A stretch of DNA of 61,826 nt, counting the filler, from Rhabdomonas costata (taxonomy: Eukaryota), in the NCBI GenBank assembly GCA_019059605.1. It is 28 parts of 28 records of this genome, joined end to end, with 100 filler letters (N's around TTAATTAATTAA, not from the genome) between each part and the next. Parts side by side here need not be neighbours in the genome. Positions count along the whole stretch, not along the records: positions 1 to 2,110 come from JAHMHO010005540.1; positions 2,211 to 4,323 come from JAHMHO010005541.1; positions 4,424 to 6,538 come from JAHMHO010005542.1; positions 6,639 to 8,750 come from JAHMHO010005543.1; positions 8,851 to 10,962 come from JAHMHO010005544.1; positions 11,063 to 13,175 come from JAHMHO010005545.1; 22 more parts are not named here. One strand, 5' to 3'. Each line of letters begins with the position of its first letter. The first letter of the stretch is position 1. Shown piece after piece: positions 1-11,860 of the stretch. Position numbers and translations under genes: made by a program. Below the pieces are notes generated by a model, which was not told the origin of the DNA, made no database searches, and was given only the letters and a program-made list of their open reading frames with translations.

Positions 1-488
1 GTTTGTTGTGTTCATTAACCTTTTTGCTGCGCTTTTTTTTTCTGTCATATTGATATATTGAAGGCATTGTGACATCCTGATATTGCAGCCTTGTTACAGT
101 TATTTGAGCAGAAAGAAAGCGTATCTGATTTCTGCAAGTTATGGTGCGTTGCAAATGCTGGATAAAATACGTTCTATCCCATCGCGTAGAGCCAGTCAGA
201 GTTTTCAGTCTTTCTTGCTTTGTTGTGCTCGTTATTCTTCCTTTTTGCGGCCTTTTCCTCAAGCACGGATCACTCAGTCACAAGACGTATCCATCGCCCT
301 GCAGCTGTGAGGAAATACCACAGAAAACTCGATTCACAAAGGGTCATCAATGGAAAAATGCACAAGGAATTTACAACACAAAGTCGAGGTAGAATTTCGA
401 GTTTTGTCAGCCTTTCAAAGTGAGCTTTCCTGATTTGTGGCTTTTTTGCGCTTGCCAAGCCGTAGGTTCACACGCCTTTCTTTCCCAG

Positions 489-2103
489 GAATGTCTCCTC
501 TGGCAACACGACAAACGGCACAAGCAGCAGCAACAGCAGCAACAGCACTGGTGGTGGCAGCAGCGCGAACGCTTCGGTACCCCTAGTGGTGTCGAAGTCT
601 TTTGTGGTGGTGCCTCGGGAAGGGCAGTGGCTGGTCTGCTACCGTTTTGCCGGGTTCGCATGGTGGCAAGCTCTGGCTGTGATCGGGGGCAACGCCTCTC
701 GGCTCACCGTGCAGCCCGTACCTAACTTGGAAGCTCCGGTGCAGTCTATTCTGGCGTGGCCCCTGCAGGGCAATGCGGTGCTCACTCTGGTGGTTATTGC
801 AGAGAGCACGCCGTTCACGATCACGTTTAACGGGACAAGCCTGGGTGCCGCGGACCGCTACTTGGTAGTGGGCGCGGGAGTGGGCTGCCCAAGTGATCCC
901 TTCGGAGGTGTGTCGGGGGTGGGGCTTCCGGATACGTGATATATTTTGTGGACAACCATACTTGTTCTGAAGTGATGTTTTGAGAGGATTTTGTTTTCTT
1001 CGTGCATCCACGGGTTTTCACTTTTTGCGGCCTTGCTAAGTGTGAAGAAGGTAAAAGAAACCACAGATAACAGAATCCTGTTTCTGTGCTGGAGATGGAA
1101 AATAGAAGTGCTTTTTCTGGCAACTTAAGAACTTCGCTGTTGTGTTGTTGAGACAAAACGTTGTGCACAATCTTGCTCCTGTCTTGTTTTGGGTGCAGTC
1201 GCAGTCCACAATGTTGGCATTCTTGCTTCACCCTTTGACTGCTTCTTTCGGTGGAGACAACATAATCTCTGCCTTTGATGCAAATAGGCTTCCATGGCTG
1301 TCCCTTTTTGTTTTTCATTTTCAGGGCAGAATGTGCTGTCGCAGAACGGTACGAACGTCACCTCCCAGCCACTCACTTTGCCGAGGTGCCCTTCTCCCTT
1401 CACCTGCCAACCGCTGTCATCCCATTTGTTATCTTTTTCCAATGGTCTGACGGCGGTATACATTTCGCATCGGCATATTCTCGAACTATAATTGTTCAAG
1501 TGTGCTCAGGAGAAATGTTTTTCTCCTGTTGTTTGCAGTTTTCGGATTCCTCTTTTGCTGGTACCTCCCCCCTCGGTCACCCCATCACTGTTCTCTCGCT
1601 CCTCGGGGTTTACGTTGTGGTGCCCGTCCCGTCTTCCGTGCCCGTCCCGTGGCGCAGTTTGAACTGAACATGGAGCAGTAATGTGTTTGACCGGAAGGAT
1701 GTTTGCAGAATGCCCGGCCATATGTGTATGCAATGTTTCCACTTTGACACGTTGCACATCACGACCTCTCGTTTGAACGATAGTAAGAAAACCAGAAATT
1801 GCCGCCGTATTTATTCTTTACATCGGAATACACACGTGCAGAGGAATGTACATGGTGTGCTACCTTCGCGGCGGCGCTTCAGTGTGGATTCCTACCCTGG
1901 TGACATGCTTCCCAGTGGCAGTGCGCAACCTGACGTGCCTCGAGACCACAGCCTTTCTCCCTCAATGCTTGAACTTCACCGTTCACGCTCCGGTGCGGAA
2001 GCAACGCGGCTCACGCTCTTCCCTGTACTCTGTACCCTTCTTCTTTTCTATGCTCCCGCTTAGGCCGTCTCCATTTGGCGATTTCCTGTTCAGGGATTGG
2101 AAC
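489..2103 (+). CDS. Fragment of a large repetitive surface/secreted glycoprotein (exons ~489-907, 1325-1385, 1842-1992, 2064-2103)
   Basis: GT-AG introns join in phase. Repeated modules ...GQWLVCYRF... / ...LPRGMYMVCYL... and APVQSILAWPLQG / APAVSIWRFPVQG; many N-x-S/T sequons; Ser/Asn-rich linker. Confidence 0.65.
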
Positions 2104-2110
2104 CACACAA

Positions 2111-2210
2111 NNNNNNNNNNNNNNNNNNNNNNNNNNNNNNNNNNNNNNNNNNNNTTAATTAATTAANNNNNNNNNNNNNNNNNNNNNNNNNNNNNNNNNN
2201 NNNNNNNNNN
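2111..2210. other. Artificial contig-joining spacer N44-TTAATTAATTAA-N44 (first of 27, recurring every ~2.2 kb up to 59616-59715)
   Basis: An identical 100-nt linker; TTAATTAATTAA places stops in all six frames; flanking sequences are unrelated and all contigs are ~2110 bp (size-sorted). Confidence 0.98.
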
Positions 2211-3625
2211 GTTGTGGTGGGGCTTTTACTGCTCACCCTCATCGAACTTCTACTGGCGGGATCATGCATGGATGGACGGCGCCTTTCTGCGGCGAGCCGA
2301 AAATCACATTTACGAGGCACGGGCAGCAGTAAAAGCCCCAACGAACCTAACTGCTCAGCACACCAGCGAGGAGGACGTGCACTTCGAGCCTCAGGGAATG
2401 CCACATAGCAGTGACCGGAGCCGGATGTGTGTGGGAAACCCCCTTATTTTTTATCGCCGAGTTCACCACTGCCCTTGTTTTGGCTTCGCTTTGATGCGTC
2501 TCCCACGTTTTATTGCGTGAAAACTGACAGTGCAGAACAGACAAACATAGGAGACCAATGGAGCCCAGGAAGTAGCGCGCCAGGGCCACTGCGGAGAGGT
2601 TTGCCCTGGTGTATTGCAGAAGCCGCCCCGCCAGCTCCTGGTACTGTGCCTCAGGAAATACCTGAAAGACCGAGAAAGAAGGGTGAGAGAGAACTCAACA
2701 AACAGAACCACCCGCTGTGCGATAAATGGTGTAATGCTCATCAGAAGGTTCCTCTTCAGACTAGGTTTGCAACAGCACGCACATCTTCCCCAGTACTTCG
2801 TTTAAATAGGTCAGAAACCGACCGCAAAACCACGGAACTCTAGTGCTCCACACACACTCACACAATTGACAAAGTTCGATTTTAAGTTGCGCTTTTTAGG
2901 ATCAATAATTCCCCAGCTAAACTCCGGTGATGATGATGTAGTTTTTCCCAGGATAATTCCCCAGCTCAAACCCCCATTTCCCCCATTGGGTCAATGTTGA
3001 CTTTTACGGTAGACTGGGTGCCCCATTGTGAAACAACATTGACTGCATGGGGAAAGGGAAACACGTATGCTTGCACAGCAACCGCAAAAGTGCCCAAATT
3101 GGCTTTTTCCAGCTAAAAGGGCCAAAATTAGGGGCGAACCGGTGGTTTTTAGGCTTTTTGATGAAAGAAGAAGCAAATTACATTACAAGACCACGCGGAG
3201 GAGTGGGGTGGCAACGACAAAAAACTATTGAGGGCACGCCTCATCTTGGGGATGGCAAGAGGAGTTCCGGTGACAGAGAAGCTTGAATTATTGACCTTTT
3301 TTTTTACAGTGTGATAGGGCATTTTAAAATCCAGCTTTGCCAATTATTCAAGGAAGAAAAAAGCAGGAGAAGTGTGTGACAAAACGGCGATGCCGACGCA
3401 AAATCAAGGTTCAACACCACAGACGGTGCAGAATGAGGTGTAGAGATAACAGGAGTTTGCTGCTGGTGCATACGACTCAGGAATGATGGCCGATCCCCCA
3501 ATTTTCCACCTCATAAGGGTCTCGGCAGCCTCCACACAAGAACACATGGAGATAGAAAAGAAAGAGAGAGAGAGAGAGAGAGAGTAAAGGGCGGCGCGAG
3601 GAGGGGGGTGGTGCTGTGGTGCTGC

Positions 3626-3833
3626 CTTGGGGTCCAGCTGGAAGGAGAGGTGCCGCACCGCCCCTCTGTGGTCCAGATCGGCCTTCCACTGCAGCCCAGG
3701 CAGCGCCCCGGCCTGCGCCACCAACGCGCGAGGGAACCGCCACAGCCCGAACTCCGGGCACTCGTCCAGCAACGGGAACAGGGGCACCGCGCCGCTGCCC
3801 AGGATCTCCAGGTGCCGCATCGTAGCCCACCCA
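3626..3833 (-). CDS. Exon of a glycosyltransferase-like protein (GGW..RH.EI...G.VP.F..L..CP motif)
   Basis: GGWATMRHLEILGSGAVPLFPLLDECPEFGLWRFPRALV; AG acceptor upstream; resembles GT-B/exostosin-type C-terminal R..E....G.VP motif (recalled, not searched). Confidence 0.55.
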
Positions 3834-4883
3834 CCTGCCACCCACCCATCCTGTTATACACTTTTCGTGAATAAAAAACCCACGAAAAAAAGGGCAAACG
3901 CTGTCAGGTGCAACACCTGCAAAAAAAAAAGCGCTCGCGCGGTTTCTGCCCGTTCTGATAAAAGCGCGTGAGATAGTGAGTGAGTGAGTGAGTGAGAGGA
4001 GAGGAGAGAGGGAGAGAGAGGTGATGCGAAGTAACGGAATCAAACACATGAATGGGAGCGCCGGACACCGCTCCGGACACACAATTAGATCTCCACCCCT
4101 CAATCCCATTCCAGGGCACCCCCCCCCCCAAAAAAAAACACGCAATCCCTGACGAATCCACCTGTCCACCAACCTGCAAATGGCTTGGTGCCGCTGCTGC
4201 CATGAGGAGGGTCGAAAAGCGGCCTTAATATCACATTCGCGTTGTCAAACACTTGCCCAAGTGGATGTCCCCAGCTGTCACTGCGATTCTCACTGCCCTC
4301 CCATACAGGAGGGGAAGAAGGTGNNNNNNNNNNNNNNNNNNNNNNNNNNNNNNNNNNNNNNNNNNNNTTAATTAATTAANNNNNNNNNNNNNNNNNNNNN
4401 NNNNNNNNNNNNNNNNNNNNNNNGTTGTGGTGGGGGAGGGGATTTTGCTCGGATCTGCTAAGACAAACCGACAAGCGGTGAAACCGCACTTTTGGTCAAC
4501 TGGCAGGGTAGGGCAACTTTTTCACACGGGTGGGACTGGATTTTTTGAGATGACGTGCGACAAATGTGGGCATGTGTTTGGCTTCTCCACACTTTTGAAG
4601 ACCATCTGTAAGAAAAGACCGTCGGACACAGATCCCGCCGCCGCGGAGGGCAGGCCCCTGGGATCCCTCCGCGAAGCGGGGGCGCGCAACCCCATGTTAA
4701 ACATATGGAGCGAGTGTCACATGAAAACGTGAAGCGAAGGGGATGACCTGGTTTGCGCAAGAGCTAACTTTGCCCTAATTCTGCACTGTTACACCTTTCT
4801 TGGCAAGATCGACCCCTTCGTGCTGTACTCACGGCAGTGATTTATTGTCAAGGGAACCAACGTTCTGTGTGCTTTGTTTCTGT

Positions 4884-4962
4884 GAGCCTTATCCGAACTC
4901 GTAGGTGTGGAGCCCTATCCGAACCCGTGGCGATTTTATGGAGCCTTATCTGAACCCGAACC
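4884..4962. repeat. Three degenerate tandem copies of GAGCCYTATCYGAACYCG
   Basis: gagccttatccgaactcg, gagccctatccgaacccg and gagccttatctgaacccg, separated by short spacers. Confidence 0.7.
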
Positions 4963-5143
4963 CGCGGTAGTCTCAGATTCCTGTGCTGAATGGTTGATAC
5001 CGAGAAAAACATTTTGGAGTTTTATCCAAAATTAAATGTCCTTAGTTAGTGCTAGAAATCTGTGCACGCGATACATACTCAGCGTGACACCTGATTCTCT
5101 CTTCGTTTGTCTCGACGCACACTCGGGAATGCATTTCTTTCAG

Positions 5144-5868
5144 GCACAGGGGCCGATTCATTCCTTGTCACCCACCACCAACCCTGCTGCCCACTCCGAG
5201 CAGCCGCCTCCGCAAGAGGTAGAGATATCCCCATTTTCTGTCTGTGTCCAAAAGCCCTGCGTTACTGGAGATTCTGAGGCAGGGAGGTGGCCGTTTGGGC
5301 TCGTTTTGGGAGGAACTCTGTCGGCAGGTGAAAATGTGATGTTTTCTCAGAAGGCACTCTTGGGCAGCTTTGACTTGGAATAAGCAGCTTCCGACTTCTC
5401 AACGAATTTTATTCAAAATCACAGGAGAGCTCACCAACCTCCGCGCTGCCGACGGAGGGAAACCCGGCTGGACCCCCTCCAGATGAACAGGTGCAAAATC
5501 CTGCTCTCTGCTTATGAGCACGGTTCTTGCTCAGTGTTGTTAAGCTCCCTCGGGATCACCACCCTTGCCCGGAAACTGCTTCATTGATCCTTGTGCACAA
5601 AAGACTTTTGCAGCTAGTTGGTTTCTCCTGTCTTGCGGACGTTTTGGAAGGGACCCCTTCCGTGTGCTTTTTTTAGGCACTCCCCTCTATTCCTGCGGGG
5701 AAAGACCTGGTGGAGGCTTGCATGAGGGGGGACCGCGAGAAGGCGCTGAACATTCTGAGGAGCGGCAACCCCGAGGTGAACCAGAAGTCAAGCGATGACC
5801 GGACTCCCCTGCATTATGTGGGAATCCACGGATGGGAGGACGTTGCCGACGAGCTCATCGGCGCAAGG
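5144..5868 (+). CDS. Ankyrin-repeat protein fragment (exons ~5144-5218, 5425-5490, 5677-5868)
   Basis: LVEACMRGDREKALNILRSGNPEVNQKSSDDRTPLHYVGIHGWEDVADELI has the ankyrin TPLH consensus; phase-0 GT-AG introns. Confidence 0.8.
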
Positions 5869-6773
5869 GTACATCCCCACCCCTCATTTCTGCTTTCAGT
5901 TCGGGTATTTCTTTAATAGGCTCGTAGGTCGTGAGATGCACGAATCAACTATCTATCAAACAACCAGAGTATGATCTATGCGGAGAACTCAGAAAAAAAT
6001 AAAAGGGGGAGGGTTTGTTAAACCAAAACTCCGCGGTGCTACTCCCTGTACCTTTGTTCCCGTTGCAAAAATGAGCAAAAGAAGAAAGGTTGACGTCAGC
6101 TCCACAGCGTTGAAAGAAGCACTAGCCGTCCTTCCCGACCCACCACACCATCACTACGGCCCACTACCCCCGACGTCGCAGTCCACAATACTTATCCCTC
6201 CCACGAAACTTTCTCGCCCCGTCAGCACATCACAGGCAAGGGAACGTGGGTTTGACTCATGGACCCCTCTAGTGAATAGCTTGAAGCGTCTTTTGACTTT
6301 GCAGTGTTCATCAAGGCAGAACAAGCAAAAACGCGACAGGAGATTAAAAAGGGGAGCACGGAGGATGTTTACGTATCATGGGATGACTTAGTGGCGGGCG
6401 GAGAGGGGAGAGGGCACCATCGCGTCCAACTCTCTCTCTGTTTTCTGCGGCAATACCTGCAAAAGAAACCGCACGGACTGCATGCTGAAATCAGAGAGAG
6501 AGTTGGACGCGATGGTGCCCTCTCCCCTCTCCACCCCCNNNNNNNNNNNNNNNNNNNNNNNNNNNNNNNNNNNNNNNNNNNNTTAATTAATTAANNNNNN
6601 NNNNNNNNNNNNNNNNNNNNNNNNNNNNNNNNNNNNNNAGCACGGAACTCTGGGAGTGCCACTACGGCCTTGCCACAAACCCATCTGAGCAGCCGCGCCA
6701 TCCTTCGGGAAGCAATGCTTCCCCATCTCAGACACTCACTCCTGCGTGGCCCCGGGAAAGTAATGAGCCGTCT

Positions 6774-7490
6774 TTGCCGGCAGCACATGCACCCCGGCCC
6801 GGGACTTACACAACAGCCGGTCCTCAAACAGTGCGAATGCAACACCCGCAACGGGCGCTCCAGCAGTGGGTCCTCCGTGGTGCCGATCCCTCCACGGCTG
6901 AGAGTGCCATGGAAGATAGCGCACTTCTGAGGGAATGTGCTTCCCTCAAGGCGCAGTGTGAGAAACCTCCCGCTAACCTGAGTTCTGCGGAGCAGAAGAG
7001 CTGTTCTCTTGAGACACAGCTTCAGGAAGCGAAGCGGCAGTTGAGAACTTCTGAAAAGGCCTCGCTGACACTTTCCGAGAAGCTTGCGCGATGTCAGGAG
7101 GAATGCACCCGGCTGAAGGCGCGGCAGAGGGAAACCAAAAGGGTTCAAAGAACAATCGCGGTGCAGGAGAAGCTAATCTCCGCCTGCGCGGAGAAGCTAA
7201 CCTTGGCGGAGTTGGAGTGCAGGTCTCTCAAATATTCGCTGAGCGAAGCCGCACGAAAACGTGTTTCGGAGGAACAGGATCGGCTTTGGTGGCGGCGGTG
7301 GTGGTTGTTGGGTATTCTTGTGGGAGGGCTCGCTTGTTATATCTTTGGCTTCATGGTTGGGCTGCTCTGTACTTGGTTGTGGCAGGTTGGCCCTCTCCTC
7401 CTTTTGTCGGTCGTTTTCGTATCCGCGTGCCTTGGGATCTTCTCGGAAGCACAGCAGGGTGAGGATAGAAGAAAAGTAAGTCCATCCTGA
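6774..7490 (+). CDS. C-terminal part of a coiled-coil protein with two C-terminal transmembrane helices
   Basis: Long open frame with heptad E/K/L/Q-rich segment followed by WWLLGILVGGLACYIFGFMVGLLCTWLW and LLLLSVVFVSACLGIF; true start not in the contig. Confidence 0.6.
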   Translation: MPAAHAPRPGTYTTAGPQTVRMQHPQRALQQWVLRGADPSTAESAMEDSALLRECASLKAQCEKPPANLSSAEQKSCSLETQLQEAKRQLRTSEKASLTLSEKLARCQEECTRLKARQRETKRVQRTIAVQEKLISACAEKLTLAELECRSLKYSLSEAARKRVSEEQDRLWWRRWWLLGILVGGLACYIFGFMVGLLCTWLWQVGPLLLLSVVFVSACLGIFSEAQQGEDRRKVSPS

Positions 7491-8551
7491 GTGTATTCTT
7501 TCTTTATCTTGTTTCCCTGTGTGGCTGCAGAATTGCAGCTGGGGTTGTGGCTCAAGCCAGGGGATTTTCTCCAACGGTAATGAAACAATCGGGACTTCAA
7601 GTTTCATGTTGGGTCAATCACTCTCCCGTCAGATTATTTTTGGAATCTTGCGGGCATTTCTACCATTTCTACCAAGCTAGGACGTTTACGCTTCACCACT
7701 TACAGTTTTTTATATCATTTTTGCACTTACCATTGTTAATTATCGGTTTCCACTAGACATTAAACAGAAGCTAGTTTATTCCAACATGGAATGGGAATTG
7801 ATTTTTTTATGGGGTTCCGGGTATAACTTAGTTGGGGTGAACCTCCTGTTGGTGGATGAAGACGAAGCCTGTGAACCTCTCAGCGATTGCCGTCCCTGTC
7901 ACTGGCTTGTGAACTTGGCTTTGCCTTCCTTCCTGTCTTCGGCGGGCGCCCCCCGTCCCCTGCCTCCACCCACCACACCTACACACGATTTGTGTCGAGG
8001 GATAGTGAGGGGCTTGTGGCACAGCCCAGTTTTGGTTGGATTTCTTTCATGTTTTTTCTCTGTGAATGCCCTGGTGATCGAATTACCCTTGCCATTCTTT
8101 TCTGTTGCAGCTCTGCAGACCTCCGCACTCCCCCTCACCCGACGACCCGGGGTCTTACTGCTTGCGCCTATTCATCGTCTTCTTTTCCTGGACAAACACA
8201 CACCCTCACTCTGTTGCAATGCGCGGGGAACTTCTTCACTGGGTTTTCAGCCGTTGACTAACTAGAAGAGAAATGGGTGATGGGGGTGATGAAACAGACA
8301 TGAGCACCTCTGCTGGTATATTCCAGGGTGGGTGGTCACGGCAGCATTGCAGGTGTCTGTGCAGCCACGGGCACAGGCTTGGGCATGGGCTGTGGCATTT
8401 CCACAGTCTCAGAAGTAACACTCCAATTGTTCTTTGGACTGGCGCCAAAGTGGTCCGATGTGATCAAGCGCAACTCCTGGTGTGAGCAACTGTGACATCA
8501 CCTGCCCACTCTTCTGGCCTTTAGCTACGCATGCTTATGCTTTGGGTTGTC

Positions 8552-8743
8552 TGTCCCTGTCGCTGAGGTTAATAGCCTCCCCTCCCCTTCCGCTCACCTT
8601 ACCTCCACCTTCGTCAAATCGGGTGGGATGGCCACTGTGTCGGCCCGTAAGGGCTCTAATGCCGAGAGCGGCTTCTCCGCAGCCCTTTTTGCGCTTCCCG
8701 AGCGGAAGGGGAGGGGAGGCTATTAACCTCAGCGACAGGGACA
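8552..8743. repeat. Perfect 44-bp inverted repeat at contig end (8552-8595 / 8700-8743)
   Basis: tgtccctgtcgctgaggttaatagcctcccctccccttccgctc and its exact reverse complement, 104-nt spacer. Confidence 0.95.
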
Positions 8744-8884
8744 CACAAACNNNNNNNNNNNNNNNNNNNNNNNNNNNNNNNNNNNNNNNNNNNNTTAATT
8801 AATTAANNNNNNNNNNNNNNNNNNNNNNNNNNNNNNNNNNNNNNNNNNNNGTTTGTGTTTTCAAAAGAGAGAGTGCAGAGGTGC

Positions 8885-8908
8885 TTTGAGTGTAATTATT
8901 TTTTCGGT
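8885..8908 (+). ncRNA. Euglenid spliced-leader-like motif followed by GT
   Basis: TTTGAGTGTAATTATTTTTTCG|GT versus the Euglena SL 3' part TCTGAGTGTCTATTTTTTTTCG (recalled): 17/22 identical, same spacing. Confidence 0.35.
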
Positions 8909-10199
8909 TTGTTGTTTCACTGAGGACGTTTCTTTTTGCGGTTTGAGGGAAAGAGAAAGGCTGGAACCGCAACTACCGCAATAGATAGAGGTGCTTCACC
9001 ATCTTTCAGCACCTTTTGGAACTTCCGGATGACTGTACTGCGACAAAAAGCAGCCTTCGGGCACGCCACGCGGGAGGCTCCTGCCCCGCTTTGGTGTTCA
9101 CAGTATTGCTGTTTTTTTCCGAAACGCTTCGTGCCGGTGATCTTGGACGCTGGACTGTTGTTACTGCTTTTGTGCACCCAAAGTGTTCTCAATTCGTGCT
9201 TGCATTTCTGCCACCGCTTAGCCTTTGCCCCGGCCTCCCTCGGGAGTGTGCGAAAGCGCATCGGTTCCCATTGCCGCAGTCCCAGCAGGAATCCCTGCCC
9301 CCTCCCCTGCTCTGCCCTCGGCGCCATGCGTCCCCAAGGCCCCAGTGCCTGCGGCCAGGCCAGCAGCGGCAGCCTTCCTCCCCAGACAGCTGTCCATTCA
9401 CAAGGAGAAGGCACCGCTCACTGGTGTTTGGAATATATGTTGTGTTCCATTTTTGCAGTGAAACTTCCCGAATGTTTGAGTACCCTGCCCTGTGCGTGTG
9501 GCTCTGCGAATTCAGTCAATTATGATGGGAGTGCTTGCGAATGTGTGCGCAAGTATGCGATATGGATTCGAGTCGATTTTGGTGCTTGACAGTATCCGCA
9601 CCAGTGTTTACCCTCCACACCTCAGCTCAGTGTGTGTGTGGGGGGTGTGCATGTGAGTGTGCGCGCGTGCACGAAAGTTTCCCCTAGTCCCGCAGTTGAA
9701 AGGACATTCATTTTTGAGTTTGTGGCGTGTGTCTTTGTACACCCGTTGTGTTGGTGTGTATGCGTATGATCTGAATACGTGCCCTAGGGTGGGACCAACT
9801 GGCGACTTTTTTTTTCTCAAGTGCACCCCTAATACACTAAATGGGCGCCGTTTTATTCGCAGTGACCTCTCATCAACCCCCAGCTGCAACCTCATCGGCC
9901 ACGCAATCTGGGCTGCAACATCCCCAGCAGGTCTACAACCACTCATCTCCCTTCCCTTCTGCTCTCCCTCTCTCACTCTCTCTTCTTTTCAAAGCTGGAC
10001 TATACCAACACCATTCAGGATCGGGTTGCTGGCACTTTTTCTTTTGCTTGGCGCGCAGCTTTTTCTGTTTCGGTCGGAGAAGCAGCACTGCCAGTGACAG
10101 GTCTGCTTTGTCAGGTCTCTGGTTGGGCTCGTTGACCATCGCGGGTTGCGGGCTATATGATGTTGTTCATTCAATGTTTGCTTCTCTCCTGCACAGCCT

Positions 10200-10676
10200 G
10201 TAGTATCCTCTGCCCCTACCAGCTCGACTTTGGCTGTGGCCTCAGCACAGCCTTACCCTGCCGCAGGGAAAACTCACGTCCCTGCTGATGGTGCTGCCGC
10301 AACGGCACCTCGCTCCGGGAGTCGCTCCGCCCTTCCCACAATTTTGGCTGCCCTGGCGAGTGCCGTGGTGGTGGCCGCCCAGCGGTTGCGGTCCTCCCCC
10401 ATGATTGCTGGGAAAGCGCTGCCTCACCCCCATCACATGCCTCAGCTGCCGTCGCCTCCCCTGGCGCCTGCTGCGGCAGTGCCGCGAAAGGCTCCCGTGC
10501 CCTCCCCCTCACCTGCAGTGCCTCCCCAGACGAAGCCCTCGGCTGGCCTGACGCTGCCTGTTCAAGTGTGGTGGCGCGCTTATGTGGGTTTATGGTACGG
10601 GGAAAGAGTGGATAGTGATGAGTTGCAAAACGCAAATGTTGTGGCTTACCATTTGCAGCCAGTGGAAGCCAGTTAA
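10200..10676 (+). CDS. Pro/Ala-rich low-complexity exon, unknown protein
   Basis: Open frame with GC-rich codons (PQLPSPPLAPAAAVPRKAPVPSPSP); similar exon at ~9230-9390; boundaries approximate. Confidence 0.4.
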   Translation, partial: VVSSAPTSSTLAVASAQPYPAAGKTHVPADGAAATAPRSGSRSALPTILAALASAVVVAAQRLRSSPMIAGKALPHPHHMPQLPSPPLAPAAAVPRKAPVPSPSPAVPPQTKPSAGLTLPVQVWWRAYVGLWYGERVDSDELQNANVVAYHLQPVEAS

Positions 10677-11860
10677 CAACAAAGTTCAATGCTGCTGCAG
10701 TGCAGGGGCCCCCTTCCCCTCTGGCTTTTCCGCGTTCTCTTGGGAATCCGGTTGAGCAGATCTCTGGATGTTGTTGTGAGTGCTCGTGCAATGGGCGCTC
10801 CGGAGAACCTCTGGCTTGCGATCGTATCTCGCCTGTTGATATTTTTGACCACCGCTCAGACCCACCAAGCAAACCTGCCCAGTTCGTCTCCCGCATCAGC
10901 GCTTAGCGACCCCCACGTTGCACACCTTGCACTTCACCAACCCACCAACCACACCCAACACCNNNNNNNNNNNNNNNNNNNNNNNNNNNNNNNNNNNNNN
11001 NNNNNNTTAATTAATTAANNNNNNNNNNNNNNNNNNNNNNNNNNNNNNNNNNNNNNNNNNNNGGGGTTGTGTGAGCACTATCCGTTTTAAAAGTAACCTG
11101 GCGAAGAAAGCTGCCGAAGGGTGCATAGTCTGTTAAACTTGTAAAAGATGGCAGGCAATCTGCTTTTGGTGCACCTGTGCATTGTGCGTGCGTGGGAGGG
11201 GGAGGGTAGACCACAGAGAGGAGGCCATGGGGACTTTTGCGGCTCCGCAGCGGGGACGGCTGCCCACGGGCAGCCCTGGATCCCACCGTAGGGCACCACT
11301 CGCCACCTCAGCGATGGGTGGAAATCCCCCGACCGCGGCTAAGGGACGTCGCGTCGCGGGCTCAGCCTCAGCAGTGGCCCGGGTCTCCCGCGCAACTCGC
11401 TGGCAAGGGAAAGCAGGGGGCAGTACCTCGCATACACAACCCCCTGCAAAGGTGCTATGGAAATACGCCTGCAAAGCGGTTAGCCACAGCAAAAACAAAT
11501 ACACTGATTGGCGGACAAACTAGAGATTCTGTACTGCCTACAACGTGCGCTCTAAATGCTGTGACAAAAAGTCTCAATGAACAACTCCGCCCATAAAAAA
11601 ACCCCTGTGGTTTCAAGTGCGCGCGCGGCCGGAAAGGGTCGAGGGCCATACAGGACTGGGCGATTTCACTCAGGGTTTGCATATTGCTCAAAGCAGGGCA
11701 ACCACACACAGACCCATATGCACCACCGGAGCGGACGACGGCTGACGTGGTGCAGTCCTTGAGGGATTTCTTACATATAAGTGTCCAGCTTACCGAGACA
11801 TGAGGCTGGACAGTTGCTGCGTGCAGGCTCGCACTCTTGAGTATATACTCCGCTTGGACC

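Noticed and set aside
407..725. Poly-Gln and poly-Cys ORFs
   Set aside because: Alternative frames of the Ser/Asn linker in the surface-protein exon.
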